Shown: positions 14,250-27,869, numbered from the stretch's first letter. The stretch is 64,000 nucleotides of DNA from Octopus vulgaris (GCA_951406725.2 OX597830.1:63364001-63428000); one strand, 5' to 3'. Made by a program: numbers and translations. Notes: a model not told the origin generated them from the sequence alone.

Positions 14250-14995
14250 TGCAAAGTGTGTTCCAGAAGTTTTGAGACTTTTTCAGAAGAGTCAGTTATT
14301 AATTTCAAAGGAGTACAAAACTCTAATCTTTTTCAAAGTGGGTTCCACTGACTAATGCACTTGTGGTGGTGCTCTAAAGTAAGAGTGTCCAGGACACTTG
14401 TCATAGCCTCCTTCATCTTCTCCTTCAGCTCAGGGAGCAACCAAAAGTAGGGACTGTAGGGAGGGTAAGGTATAGTTTTGATGCTCATCTTTGTCAAGTA
14501 ATTAGTCACTAGGAGGGAAATGTGGACTAGTGCATTGCCCTGGTACGGGTACTCTGGCCTTTTGCTACAAAATCTCTTCCTGAACTCCTTCAAAAGTACT
14601 CCTTGTGGAGTATCTGACAGGAGGGAACCCAGTGAGTGCAGATGATGCCCTTGCTGTTGAAAAAAGCTGAATGTTATGAGCTTCCTGGATCTGCTTTGCC
14701 TGGCTTCTTGTACTAGCAAAAAACAGAATCTTGTCTCATACAAGTTAATCTATATGCAACCTGTTTCTGTAGCAATTTTGTCCAGTTTAGCACAATAATT
14801 TACTGTACAGCGAGCTTCCAAATTGCCTTCAAGTCCTGAGTGCACTCCACAAACTAGTCAGCTGCAACAAGCAGTGATTAGTAGGCTGTGTTCTAAGTGC
14901 TGTTACAGCTGTTTCCATTCTGGAATAATGAAAGTTGGCAGGTCAGCTTATCAGGTGTAAAATAAATCTGCACTAAAATTACAATAATCTCAGAC
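14250..14995 (-). mobile_element. Degenerate mariner (Tc1/mariner) transposon remnant
   Basis: Minus-strand translation HISLLVTNYLTKMSIKTIPYPPYSP.FWLLPELKEKM matches the mariner HPPYSPDLAP.DFWLFP.LK region; TIR-like GTGTGTTCCAGAAGTTTTGAGACT at the left end. Confidence 0.8.
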
Positions 14996-15029
14996 GGCTT
15001 CTCCTAAAAAAGAGACATACATTAAATAT

Positions 15030-15322
15030 CCCATGCTAGTGCCACATAAAGAGTACCTACACTGGTGTTATGTAAAAAGCACCTGTACTGGTGACGTGTA
15101 AAAAGCAGCCATGTTGGTGCCACATACAAAGCACCGATGATAGTGCCATGTGAAAAGCATTCAGTACATCCTGTAAAGTGGTTGGTATTAGAAAGGGGAT
15201 CCAGCCATAGAAACTATGCCAGAACAGACAACTGAAGCCAGTCGCAGCTCTCTGGCTTGGCAGCTTCTGTCAAAACCATCCAACCCATGCCAGCATGGAA
15301 AATGGACATTTAATGATGATGA
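15030..15322 (+). mobile_element. SINE-like element with five internal ~26-bp tandem units and (ATG)n tail
   Basis: GTGCCACRTAAAAAGCAC-type units; tail AACCCATGCCAGCATGGAAAATGGACATTTAATGATGATG recurs across the window. Confidence 0.75.
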
Positions 15323-16810
15323 CAATACATTTTAGCACAGTCATTTTGGTGTTGCTGATTCAGCATTGACTTATTTGACACCAGATTGCTTAATGTTTCT
15401 CTCATTCTCTCCCTCTATCTGTATGTGTATATTTCTATGTGCATGCACACGCATATGTGTGTTTGCCTCTGGTGCCAAAATTACTGTCACCAAAACAAGC
15501 TGAATATCCAGGTAGCTGTGCCAAATAATCTACATCCAAACAACTACACCAAATTGTTTCATTCCAAGATGGAATCAATTGCTACTTATTTTAGTAACCC
15601 AGAAGTGACGAAGGGCAGGGTTGATATGAACACAGAATATAAAGGGGTTGTAACCAAATATGACACTCTAACGGTTCCGTTTTTAAGTTAACCTTAAATT
15701 ATCTAGTCTTGCTTGCAATCTTTGTCCTTGTTTAAATTTTTATGTTCCCCTTTCATTGAATAAATTGGTATGAAAGGTATTTCTTTTTTTATATAACCAT
15801 ATAGCGAACCATGTTGAATTTATGTTTATTAATAGATTAGAATGGTTATACAACGGCCTTGAAGGGAGGTGCTTTTAATCTTAATTTCCAAGCAAGGTAA
15901 CATTTCTCCATGGCCAGATAGGTTTTTCATGGAAGGCTGGAAACAAGCAACATCATTTACAAATATTACATAATATCAAGACAAGATTAAACATACACAT
16001 GATGGGCTTCTTTCAATTACCATTTACCAAATCCACTCACAATGCTTTGGTTGGCTTGTGGCTATAAGAGAAGTTACATGCCCAAAATGTCTTTAAGACT
16101 AAATCCAAGACCATATAGCTGGGAATCAAGTTTCTCAACCACACAACCATACCCAAGCCTATATCTATGTTATAGTAAATACTGAAGCTCTAACCTTTCA
16201 ATCAGCAGTCCAACTTCTCAACAAATTAAAAAGAGAAAAAAATTTAAAACTAGACTTTAAAAGAAGCATCTTTTGGTAATAATTAATGACATAAGGGGGC
16301 TACTGTACCTCTCCTAATGATCCACTAAAATCATACTGACCTGCTGGTAGATAACAAATCAAATCTTTGAAAAGACTTTTGTATCAGCTAATACCATGAA
16401 AGTTAGGTTACTGTGTGTTTGAACTGTGATCAAAGACTTTCTACTCATGATTATTCAAACTCGATATATCTAAAATTATATCATCGAATGTCCCCACCGC
16501 TCATCCTAGTAGGCAAGGGATGATATATGAAGGAAATTTGGCTGCTATTTCTAGCTGTTCAAGCGACCACTTACAGGCCCACTTTGTTCCAGAGTTGGTT
16601 AGAGGAAGATGATTTGACTTGGGGGCAAGCCAGATTCCTTTAGACACTAGTTAACCTAAAGAAGATAGTAATGCAAACTCAGGACCAGGAATGGCAACCA
16701 GATGCAAAAGATATGTTCTGTTAATTCATACAAAGCCATTTAACATATTTTAGTAGAGGAAGGAGGCAAGGAATAAAAGTATTAAATAAATAAGTAGATA
16801 AATAAATAAG

Positions 16811-16882
<72 letters not shown>

Positions 16883-18189
16883 CATATAATGTATGTACAT
16901 ACGCACATGTCTGTGTGCATGTGTGTGTATGTAAGTGTGTTTAAGAATCCAGAAGAATAGGAATGAACAAGCTCTAGTTTTGATTATGTTGTTCAAGTTA
17001 AGCAAGACTAAACATGTTTAAATATATCAAAATTTAATCATTTATACACTGTGTAGTAACGTATGAATTTTTTATCGGGACATCCTTGCCAATTTTTTGT
17101 AACTTTCTCTTGAGACAAAACACCCACTCACTCATACTCACTGCTCGCTTTTGGTTGTTTTTATGTAATGAGGAAGCACCATTCACAGTTGAATTTTGCC
17201 AAATCTATCAACAGAGACAAGGAATGTGAATGTTTATAACTATTTACTTTGAAAGTTTATTTTTTTTGTTTTTGATACTTTTTTTATATGAATATTTCAT
17301 CTTCATTGTTGTCTTCATAGCTGGGTTCTTCTTAATTCATTTCATTCATCTATAAAAGATCCTTCCTTCCAGTCATTACGCTTGAACTGTCAATATCACC
17401 AGCCACTCATTCAACCATAACAACATGTAGTAACCATGGTAGTTGTTAGTGCTCACCACTTTCATTAATAACTAGCCACGCAAATAGGTTCTTTACAGTA
17501 CAGTCCTCATTCCTTTGTAACAAGTGGCTTAATCCCCTCCATCATCTGCTAATGCTCATCCAGACAGCTTGCATTTATGTTTTTCAAAACATTGCAGCAG
17601 TAAGCACATGTTCTGTGTAGGTTAGCTACATCAGCACTGATAGCAAAACATACCTTGCAAAGAATTCCTTTCGTTCATCATCACCGAGGCATTGTTTTCT
17701 ATGTCCAGATACCCTTCCTGCTGCCAACCTTGTTTCTTAGAAATGAAACATTCCCCTATGATAGGATAAGCATTTTTTTTTCTTTTATGGAAGATTGGAA
17801 ACGAAGAACATAACTTGCTTGTCAATGATGCTTACTAAAAAGTGTCATGCAATGTCATGATAAAGAGCACAAACCAACCCACGTGCACACGCACACACAT
17901 AAACACAAGTTTCTTTCATTTTCCATTTACCAAAATATCTTGATAAGGTTTTGGCTGGCCTGGGGCTGCAGTGGAAGACACTTGCCCAGGGTGGAACTGA
18001 ACTTTAAATCATGTGGTTAGGAAGCAAACTTCTTAAATACAGTCATGACTGTGTCTTTAGCTATTGGTGAAGAAATCTCCTTGCTATAAAAAGCAACACA
18101 GAGCTCCAGAGTATGATTTTTTTTTACAGCACCAATGCCTGTAAAAATGATAACATTTGTATTAAACACTGCAGTTGTGTTTCAGTTGA

Positions 18190-18410
18190 GATTTGTACTG
18201 TCTTCAGATCCTATGTAATAGATATTGTCCACAACCTGTAAAATTACACATACAACTGTCGATAATCGTCTCACAATGCATGCAATATTCATTACTTGGC
18301 GTCTTTGCTCTGGATTGACGATTAAACCAACTCGGGCAGCCACAGTCTGTAGATGTGAGAACAATAGAATTGTCAGCATAATCGAAAGTCACATGGCCTT
18401 TTCTCATCAG
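18190..18410 (-). pseudogene. RTE-type LINE reverse-transcriptase fragment
   Basis: Frameshifted translation FDYADNSIVL / LQTVAARVGLIVNPE / LQVVDNIYYIGS resembles RTE RT motifs (YADD, GL.IN..KT, YLGS). Confidence 0.65.
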
Positions 18411-18649
18411 TCTGCTTTATACCATCTTTCTCTGAAATGACTTATTTTATTTACCATATTGAATAATGATGGTGAGATAATATCTCCTTGCATAATGACA
18501 TAACAGGAGTCACTTGGGAATGCTACTAGTCAGAGCAACTTCCTGCCAATGGCTGTAATTTACTAAATAGCTACATAATCAACACAATTTTTTTTTTTTC
18601 AAATCCAGATACTTTGACATAATGTTTTTAGTTTTATTATTATTATAAT

Positions 18650-19004
18650 TAACACATTCTGAGTTCAAATTTTGCTGAGGTCGATTTTGCCTTTCATCCT
18701 TTGGGGGCAGGGGGGGTCGATAAATCAAGTACCAGTGAAACATTGGGGATTCGACTAATTCCCTCCTTCAAAATTTCAGGCCTTGTGCCTATAGTAAAGA
18801 GGATTATTATTATTATTATTAAGGTGGAGAACTGACAGAATCGTTAGCATGCTTAGTGCCATTTTGTTTGTCTTTACACTGAGTTCAAATTTTGCCTTTC
18901 ATCCTTTCAGAGTTGATAAAATAAGTATCAGATGAGCAAGAATTGCAATCAATGTAATCAACTTACCCCCCCTCAAATTGCTGGCATTGTGCCAAAATTC
19001 GAAA

Positions 19005-19076
<72 letters not shown>

Positions 19077-19309
19077 ATCATTATTAAGGCGGCGGTGAGC
19101 CAGCAGAATTGTTAATTTTCATTTGTCTTTACATTTTGAGTTCAAATTCCATTGAGGGAGAATTTGCCTTTCATCCTTTTGAGGTCAAAAACCTAAGTAG
19201 CAATTGAGCATTGGGGTCGATGTAATTGACTTACCCCATCCTTCGAAATTGCTGGCCTTGTGTCAAAGTTTGAAATCATCATTATTATTATTAATAATAA
19301 TAATAATAA

Positions 19310-19340
<31 letters not shown>

Positions 19341-19470
19341 AAATTCCACCAGAGTTAATTTTACTTTTCATCCTTCCAGAGTAGATAAACTAAGTCCAGT
19401 AAAGTACATTACTCGATTTAATCAACTGTTTTTGCCTCCCAAAATTTCTGTGTACCAATGTTAGAAATCA
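18650..19470 (+). mobile_element. Tandem cluster of Meta-domain SINE copies
   Basis: Four repeats of GAGTTCAAATT...GCCTTTCATCCTT...GATAAA..AGTAC separated by (ATT)n/(CTA)n tails. Confidence 0.8.
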
Positions 19471-20126
19471 TTATTATTACTATTATTATTTATAATCAAT
19501 ATTTACTATAAACACCAGTCTTCAGTTTTCAGGCTGTACAGGATATTAGCCATGCATGCTAACACAGACAGACACACACAAATACATACTGAAATAAAAA
19601 AAATGCCTATGCAACACAGAGAAAATATTTCCGCTATGCCAGAGAAGATAAGACATGAAATATGATCAAAAATAGCCATGTTGTGGCTGCTGATCTTGTA
19701 TTCTCTTGTTATCTTAGGCTATAGATCAGGAATCCTTTTACACTAGTATTAAATATATGTACATGTAATGAATTTAATTGTCATACAAGGAAACATCATT
19801 CAACTGTAACAAATACTTGTCTTATTTACCCTTCAAAATACACACTCACTCACTCTCTCTCTCTCTCTCTACACACACACAAATATACATACATATATAT
19901 GGATAGATAGACAGGCAGATATTTCCATGTTAGCATGCACAAGAATCGTTTTCACATAAAACTGGACATTTGCATATTGCTGAAGCAAGCAATTTTACAG
20001 CTGGATGCTTCCATTTATAATATTTCTTTGTAATATTACAAGAAGTTAAACCATCTTAGACATTTAGACAACTTCATATTTTGCAAACCCACAAACTCTG
20101 AGCTCACAATTGAATGTGTGTTTTAC

Positions 20127-20250
20127 CTCCATTAGATATCAAACCAGTAGAAATGCCAGCAATGGATTCAATTAAACAGAGAACATCTACTACAAAATTG
20201 TCAGTGACCCTTGAAAAATTGCATATCGACAAATTGCACAGAGAAAGAAA
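20127..20250 (-). CDS. Candidate exon, strand ambiguous (minus: FLSLCNLSICNFSRVTDNFVVDVLCLIESIAGISTGLISNG)
   Basis: Acceptor tttttcatttcag| and donor GAG|gtaaaa; 124 nt, phase 0 to 1, open. The plus strand is also open with a possible acceptor at 20135. Confidence 0.3.
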
Positions 20251-20464
20251 CTGAAATGAAAAATTCAATTATGCTTGTTTCTCTTAAAAAAAAAAAAAAA
20301 AAAAAAAATGGAAACCACACTGTTAGCTAACACATATAAAACATGTAGTAGGATCTGTGAGAATCAATACCTCAAATACTCTGAAATACTTAGTGATACA
20401 AGTAGTCATGAACTGAAGACTATGTATTGCTTAGAAGCTTACAGACAGTAGTAGCTAAGTTCTA

Positions 20465-20790
20465 TTCCATCCATCCATCTTCTCTGTTCACTATTTCTGG
20501 GAGGGTTGTCGGGTAGAGTCCTCAGGCACCACCTCTATAGAGTCCTATCACAAGCAACAGTCATTACACATTCCAGCTGGATTCCCAAGTGTGACCAACT
20601 GAGACTATGGATATAATCCAACCATCTTGTTTTTGGTCTACCACTAGGTTTCATGCCGGTTGGCTTGGCTTGGAGAATCTGTCCTGCAGCTCTTTCTATG
20701 ATATTCTCGTCATGTGTTCACAGTACTTACTGGAGTTCTGACCCACTCAATATAGAGAAGTAGTGGCTTAACCTGGAGTGATTCTCTGAT
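20465..20790 (-). pseudogene. RTE LINE 3' fragment
   Basis: Decayed C-terminal RTE pattern (GH..RM ... P.G.RP.GRPKTRW.D.I) on the minus strand. Confidence 0.55.
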
Positions 20791-20879
20791 CTATACAGCC
20801 TAAGTTTTATTATCAACGTGGAATGGACTTTGTGAAAATATAGTAGCTACAGAATAAATAGGGTAAAATATGCTATCTC

Positions 20880-21240
20880 AGTTGGTTGCAAAGGATCCCA
20901 CCAATTACATGGTTCTGGGTTCAGTCCCACCGCGTGGCACCTTAGGGAAGTGTCTTCTACTATAGCCTCGGGCCGACCAAAGCCTTATGAGTGGATTTAG
21001 TAGACAGAAACTGAAAGAAGCCCATTGTATATATGTATATGTTTGTGTGTCTGTGTTTGTCACCCCTACATTGCTTGACAACCAATGGTGGTGTGATACA
21101 CTCCCCTGTAACTTAGCGGTTCAGCAAAAGAGACCGATAGAATAAATACTAGGCTTACAAGGAATAAGTTCTGGGGTTGATTTGCTCGACCAAAGACGGT
21201 GCTCCAGCATGGCTGCAGTCAAATGACTGAAACAAGTATA
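20880..21240 (+). mobile_element. Abundant SINE family copy
   Basis: Nearly co-linear with 59779-60155 (…GGCACCTT.GG.AAGTGTCTTCTACTATAGCCTCGGGCCGACCAAAGCC…CTCCAGCATGGC.GCAGTCAAATGACTGAAACAAG). Confidence 0.85.
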
Positions 21241-22248
21241 GCAACATGTATAAAATGTGATGTAATAATATAAAAAGGCTGTGAAATCAAAGAACTGAGG
21301 TGGAATAAACTATAGATTATTGACATCATCATCATCATCATTTCAATGCCTCCTTTTCTTTGCTTACATGTATCAGATGAAAGTACATAGGAGTGGAGTT
21401 TCTAAGGTTAATGCCTTTCTTGTTGCCAACTCCCTCTTAATTCCAACTGGAGTAATAAAGAATCTTCCAGTCTACTGAACAACAATTGGCCCAGGCACAT
21501 CTTATACCAAGGACTGGAAATAAACATCACCATATGAGCCTTTTGTTCACAAAGATCATGCAACATGTCAGGATATATCAAGAAGTCAGGATATGCTTTT
21601 GCAGTGGACTACAAGGAAATGGCATCATTAAGAAATTGATGTTTACAAACCAGCAAAAGCGAGGGGAATACACACATAAAATGTGCTTCTTTCAGTTTCT
21701 GCCTATCAAATCCACTTACAAAGTTTTATTTGCCTGATGCTACAGTAGAAGACACTTGCTTAAGGCACCGCACAGTGGGACTGAACCCAAAACCTTGTAA
21801 CTGGTAAGTGGAATTCTTTAAAGTGTATAGGCATGGGCATAGCAGCATGGTTAATTAATTAATGAAAGAGACTGAATACAAGAGACTTGAGAAAATGGTT
21901 TCTGAAGAGAAATTGAAGACAACACAAATTGGTGACATTTATTGAATGGAAATGATGCCATGACTAGGCAATGGTAGGTAACTGTGCTAGAGCTAAGTCC
22001 CAAAATGGGTCAGGCAAGATTTTAAAACACTGGGTCTTGTAGATGAGATGATTTTAAGATCAAGAAATGCTGTGCTGGAGAAACACGGAGGAATGAAAGC
22101 AATGATTACATGGATGCTGGAAAATAAAAACATTGGATGGTAGAAGTAATCTATATTTTGGTTTAACATTCACATATGGCTCTAGGATGCCTTTAGTGAA
22201 GTCAATTCTGTGACAACAATTCTTATCAGATTTCCAATCAGAGAATAT

Positions 22249-22438
22249 TATCCCATTCATTACCATTTCAATTAATTTATAAAATAATGAAGAATTTGGG
22301 AAAGATAACTTTGTCATAATTAGGATGGTATTTGGAACATAAATTAATAGAACGTTTTAATTTAGATCATTTTGAAACATGAAGTTTGTATCATAGAACC
22401 AAGAAGAGTCTCAGAGAGGTTGGTATCAAAAGGGTTAA
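22249..22438. mobile_element. Decayed piggyBac-type MITE, same superfamily as 3039-3267
   Basis: Ends GGTATCAAAAGGGTTAA; internal similarity to the reverse complement of 3039-3267. Confidence 0.65.
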
Positions 22439-22469
22439 AACTTCATGATGTGCTGTTTCCTGCAATAGT

Positions 22470-22540
22470 CTCTCAGTAGTATAGTGGTAAATCTCCCTGT
22501 CTGTCATGTGAGAGACCAAGGTTCAATTCTTGCCAGGGAG
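22470..22540 (+). pseudogene. tRNA-Asp(GTC) pseudogene
   Basis: CTCTCAGTAGTATAGTGGTAAATCTCCCTGTCTGTCATGTGAGAGACCAAGGTTCAATTCTTGCCAGGGAG aligns to metazoan tRNA-Asp (TAGTATAGTGG...CTGTCAC...GGAGACCGGGGTTCGATT); CpGs decayed and stems disrupted. Confidence 0.8.
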
Positions 22541-25327
22541 ACACTTTAACTCTTTTGGTAGTAGACTTAAGCTGTTGTCCTGTTTCACCATCACATAGTA
22601 ACATGGTTGCCTTTAGTGGAGTTCACTCTGTTACAAACATTCAAGCCAAGTCTCAGTACTGGGGTTACTTTTTTCTTTCTCACCAATGTTAGAGGCTCCG
22701 AAGCAAGTTATAGGCACTGCCTTCTCTCTTGATATATATATATATATATATATATATTTTAAATCACAAGTTGGAGTTTCTTTCTGCCTTCAAATCTGAA
22801 AAGCTCTGCAAAAAAATTCTGTAGTGTTATGCAAATGACTGCAAACTTTGCCTTTTGATATGATCCCAGTATGAAACAACCTTTCTCTGAGTTGGGGTTC
22901 CTATTTTTTATAGCTGAACTGAAAAATTGAGGAATAAACTGTGCTGTTTAGAGACAATAAAGATTCACTGTGGGAAACATGTACTTAGAGAGTATGAACT
23001 CATTCTCACTTGGTTTACCTTCAGACGTATGAGTGATGTGTCGTATTTCTATGGCATGCATACATGTATGTATGTCTATAAATGCAAACACACCACAGAA
23101 TTACACACAGTAGACGCAGCAAAGTGGTTGATGTTAGGAAAGCGCACCTAGCAGTAGAATCCAACCCCAAAATGAAATGACAACTCCCAAACCAAATACA
23201 TGGTGACAATGATAATCCATCCAACCCATGCCAGCATGTAAAGTAGATATAAAAAAAATGATAATGAAGACACACACAGATGATTAATTTGCTGTTAATA
23301 ATAAACAATTATTAACTTCCCAATCTCCATTTTCTTTTTCTTCTTTACACACACACACACGTGTACACAAAGACACACAAACACACTTTCCGTTACCATC
23401 TCATTAGTCACGTGTGTCCATGTCCATATCTGGATACACACATTCTAATTTAAAACAAGCTTAAACTTATCAAGTAAAAATTTCTGTTAAACTTGTGGAA
23501 AATATTTACTAAATTAGTGTTAGCTGATTAATATTTACAATCATTTATATAAATTCCGAATAGACATGCATTGCCTGTTGATATCACTTTTTGCCTACGT
23601 ATTTTATCATTCCCAGTCACAACAACAGCTTTTGAAAATGATGTCTACAAGATTGGATTTGGCTGGACATTAATCACAGCGATGTACATGTAAGGCTTCA
23701 TAATTTTAAGACTTCTGTTAATTCCACGTAGGCGACAGAAAAAATATTAAAGACTGAAAGCATACTGAATGTAGACAGATTTCTCTTCTCTCTATTATGG
23801 TGTGGTGACAAAATGGTTAAAGCGATCAATTTCCTGGCTTCTCCATAGAAACATTGCATTCAGATTAAAACACTAGATTGACATTGTTAAGTGTGGGTCT
23901 GTGACTGGTGAAGTAGTGTCTTCAGTGGAGTGATGTGTGGTGCTTGCGGTGTGGTGTTGCTGAGATGCATCTGCAGCAGCATGTAGCGCATTGTTGTAAG
24001 AATGTGCGAGTGCACGCTCTATAGTAAGATATTGTATTAGTTTTTAAGACTTCTCTGTTCAGAATATTTATGGCATGGAATTGGACAGTCAAGGGGTATT
24101 CAAATACTATTTGTCATCTTGGATGATTTTGTCCTAAATCTCAGGACAGTGACAATAAGGCCAAGTACTATAAATTGTCTCCACTTTAAATATTCTAGGT
24201 AGTTTGTATGAAAAAAAAAAAAAGGTCATTATTCATTTGTTTTACATTCATTTTCCCACACTAGCAAGAGTTAGATGAATATAATATTTAAGCAGTGTTT
24301 TACAGCTGGATACCCTTCCTGGTGCTTGCCCTCACCTGTTTTTCAAGAAAGAGATCTTTCATTTCACATGTCTTTGAAGGTGCAAAGTGAGCAGGTGATT
24401 TGTTGACAGAAGTGGCAACAGCAGCAACCACAGCAAGTGACTTTCGTAGAGCACAAATGTAAACAGACATTCTCATATCATTTAATGTCTGTTTTCCAAG
24501 CTGGCAAGACAGAGGATTGTGCCAAGCTCAATCGCTTGCTTTGGCATGGCTTCTATGGCAGGATGCACTTCCTAATGCTAATCACATTATAAAGTGTACT
24601 GGGTGCTTTTTACCAACACTGGCAGGATCATCAGGTATCTTGCAAGACAGAGACTTCTTGGCCAGGCTGTGGAGCAATATTGGGGCAGGTGACTCTGTGC
24701 CAGTTGATGACAGGTTCAAGTATACAATACAGGGAGAGAGATAGGTGTGTTGCTGTGGGTAGGATATATGGCAACCCTAGTTGGAAAAGGCTTTGGTCAG
24801 CCCAGGGCCAGAGTAGACAGTTGCCCAAGGTTCTGTACAGTGGGACCAAACCTGAAACCACATGGCTGGGAAGCAAACTGCCTAACCACACTGCCATGCT
24901 TCTTCTAATACAAACACATATGTACATTTTGATATTAATTCCTTTTCTTTAGTTCCATAATTACGTTAAAGTTACAACTGTAACAATAGTTTACACGTTT
25001 GAGACTGAGTTTTTCTAAAGCACTGCTTCACTTTTTACTTTATAATACTCAATGTTAAATCCAATTAAGCAACATTGACAAACACCATGCAAGAGAAGCA
25101 CTTAAATAGAAAACACTTCAGTCAAGATGCTGCAGTTGCTACTGTTGTTTAATCTTAGGCCTATCCTGATTAAGCAGACCTATGATCAAAGACGTTCCAG
25201 CTGTGACCATCTTGTTATACTGCATATGTGAAAGAATATTGCTCAATCTGTCCTTTTTTCAAACCAATGCTGTATATTTGAGAGAGATTTCAGTGCTATT
25301 TCTAGAAAGTTAGATGACTGTCTAAAG

Positions 25328-25569
25328 CAGTGGCTCTCAACCATTTCTTACCTATGTGCCTCTTTGATCCCTATTTCATGCTACTGGACCTCCATAGCCA
25401 TTCGATGTGTATAAAAAAAAACACCTTATTGTATCTTTATAATCAAATATTATTAAGAATCATTTATAAGAATTGTCAAAACATTTTGTGTATTGTAGAA
25501 GTATAAGTAATATACTACACATGAATTTTAACAACAAAATCTTATATGGACCCTGACTGAGAACCATTG
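25328..25569. mobile_element. hAT-type MITE (decayed)
   Basis: CAGTGGCTCTCAACC ... CTGAGAACCATTG termini; internally similar to 28308-28653; 8-bp flanks only partly match. Confidence 0.7.
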
Positions 25570-26287
25570 ATCCAGAGCCTTTGACGCTGACTCAAAGATA
25601 CCTGCATCACTGGGTAAATAAAGGACTCGAGGTAAAAAGAAGAAAAGCAATTAGATGGCTAAAACAATACAGAATAAAATAAAAGTAGAGAAATCTGCTA
25701 ATGACAGAAAGAAAATATAAAACAAACTAATTGTACGATTCACTGGATGTGCAGGTGCAAAATTGAAAAATATCAAGTCCTGTGAGGCAAAGTAAGGAAA
25801 CTATTAAATAGTGTTCATCAAGTAATGAGAATAATTATACTGACGTTTCTTTCTTTCTTTAAATAGGCAGTGTTATATGAAAGAACAGGATAATGTGGTG
25901 TTCTTCCCTTTCCTCAAGAGTAATACCTTCTTAAGTTTGAATGGTTCCAATTACAACTGGGTTAATTAGCAGATTTGCTAAGGGCCTACTGTTGGATCAC
26001 AGATTCAGAATAAAAATCAGGAAGATTTCTGACTTTAGCACAAAGCCTGAGATTGAAAGTGAAGAAATGAGACAGGGTTAAGTTTGTTGTCCATTCCCAT
26101 GAGAATTAGCAAAGGTGAGTGCAGTGAAATAGCAGCAACAAATAATGAAAAGAAGATTGTGGACTCAAGCTGAATCTATTTTATTTTACAATCTGTGAAC
26201 AATAATGCTATTGATTAAAGGCTTTTGACAGGTTAACCACTGGTTCAACGCATTTCTAATGGTGAGAGTGACAAGGAAATGCCTCAC

Positions 26288-26356
26288 CTGACGATGCAAG
26301 AAACTTTGTTGTGAAGCCCTGGTATTTTTCATTCTTCTCAAGCATGCTTTTATACT
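26288..26356 (-). CDS. Candidate internal exon (phase 1: YKSMLEKNEKYQGFTTKFLASS; phase 0: SIKACLRRMKNTRASQQSFLHRQ)
   Basis: Acceptor ctgatttatatcag| and strong donor CAG|gtgagg; 69 nt, frame-preserving, open in two frames. Confidence 0.55.
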
Positions 26357-26991
26357 CTGATATAAATCAGTGAAATATATGCACACACCTTTAGACACAT
26401 GTACCATCATCATTATTATAATGTCCACTTTTATAACCTTTTCCAAACAAAGTAATATTTCTCTATCACCAGACATGTTTACATGGAATTTGTAAATGAA
26501 TGACATTCATTTACAAAAATCATGAGATGTCAAGATAAGGAGACACAAACATACATATATATATATATATATATATGATAGGTTTCTTTCTATTTCTGTC
26601 TTTCAGTTCTACTCACAAGGTTTTGATTGGCCCGAGGCAACAGTACAAGACATTTTTCCAGGTGCCATGCAGTGGAACTGAACCTGAAACAACAGAGTTG
26701 GGGGAGCAAACTTCTTAACCACACAGTTATGTATGAATTTTACCCAATACAACAGCATGTCTAGAATAATTTTACCAATTTGTCAAAAATAATTACAAAA
26801 TGTCTATGTTTCAAAGAGAAGAGAAAAACTGGACTGTGGAGTAAATAATGAACATGTTCAATAGAATTAAATAGATCTATACTACACCCAAGCACACAAA
26901 GATTTGTGACAGACTGAATTAAAGTCAGAGATAAAGGAATAGAGACATTTTATTACTTCAGATTACTGTTCTTATATATATTCTTGTGAAT

Positions 26992-27322
26992 AGGTGCATG
27001 GCAAAGGCACATGGTTTAATGGTTAGAGCGTTGGGCTCACAATCATGAGGTGGTGGGTTCGATTCCTGGACCAGACTGTGTGTTGTGTTCTTGAGCAAGA
27101 CACTATTTCATGTTGCTCCAGTTCACTCAGCTGTAGAAATGATTTGTGACGTCTCCAGTGCCAAGCTGTATCGACCTTTGCTTTTCCCTTGGATAACATT
27201 GGTGACATGCAGAAGGGAGACGGGTATGGATGGGCGACTGCTAGTCTTCCATAAACAACTTGGGCTTTGGAGGGGAACTTTCTAGGTGCAATCCCATGGT
27301 CATTCATGACTGAAGGGGGTCG
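26992..27322 (+). mobile_element. tRNA-derived SINE
   Basis: TGGTTTAATGGTTAGAGCGTTGGGCTCACAATC...GGTTCGATTCC head, then GTGTTCTTGAGCAAGACAC body. Confidence 0.8.
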
Positions 27323-27869
27323 TCTTCTCTTGTGAATAGTGATTTTTGCAGATTAAAATTTTTAATATGTACAAGATCTTGAGAAGCTTTATTTATTGAT
27401 ATGTATAGAAAAGGAATGTTCTGGCAAATGGCTAAATATTTCATGAAACTATAAAAACTTGGCAAACCTCTCAAAAACATTAAAATGCTACATTTCAATT
27501 TGTGGACTGTTGATTTTTTTTTTTATGACCTCCATAACATTAAAGCTGGAGCTTTGCTTGGTTTCTATGGTGTATAAGTAACTGAAATTACAACACTTTG
27601 CACTGAATGGAATTCAGCTTTGTCGTATTGTTTAATTTCTCAGGCATTACTGGAGCTGATTTACAGCTGAGTGAACAGGAGAAATGTAAAATGAAGTGTT
27701 TTGTTCAAAAACTAAATGCACTTCCTAGTCAGAGAAATGAAACCAAGACCATATGATTGTGAGTGCAGCACCTCAGCCACTCATCTATCTGCTTTTACTG
27801 ACAATTGATGATTAGAAGCCTAGAAAAAAAAGCAGAGAGTAGTTTAATGAAGGTAATCATCAATATTAC

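Noticed and set aside
12940-15165. Short spaced repeats as a possible CRISPR array
   Set aside because: Units are contiguous degenerate tandem repeats without unique spacers, in eukaryotic DNA with no cas genes.
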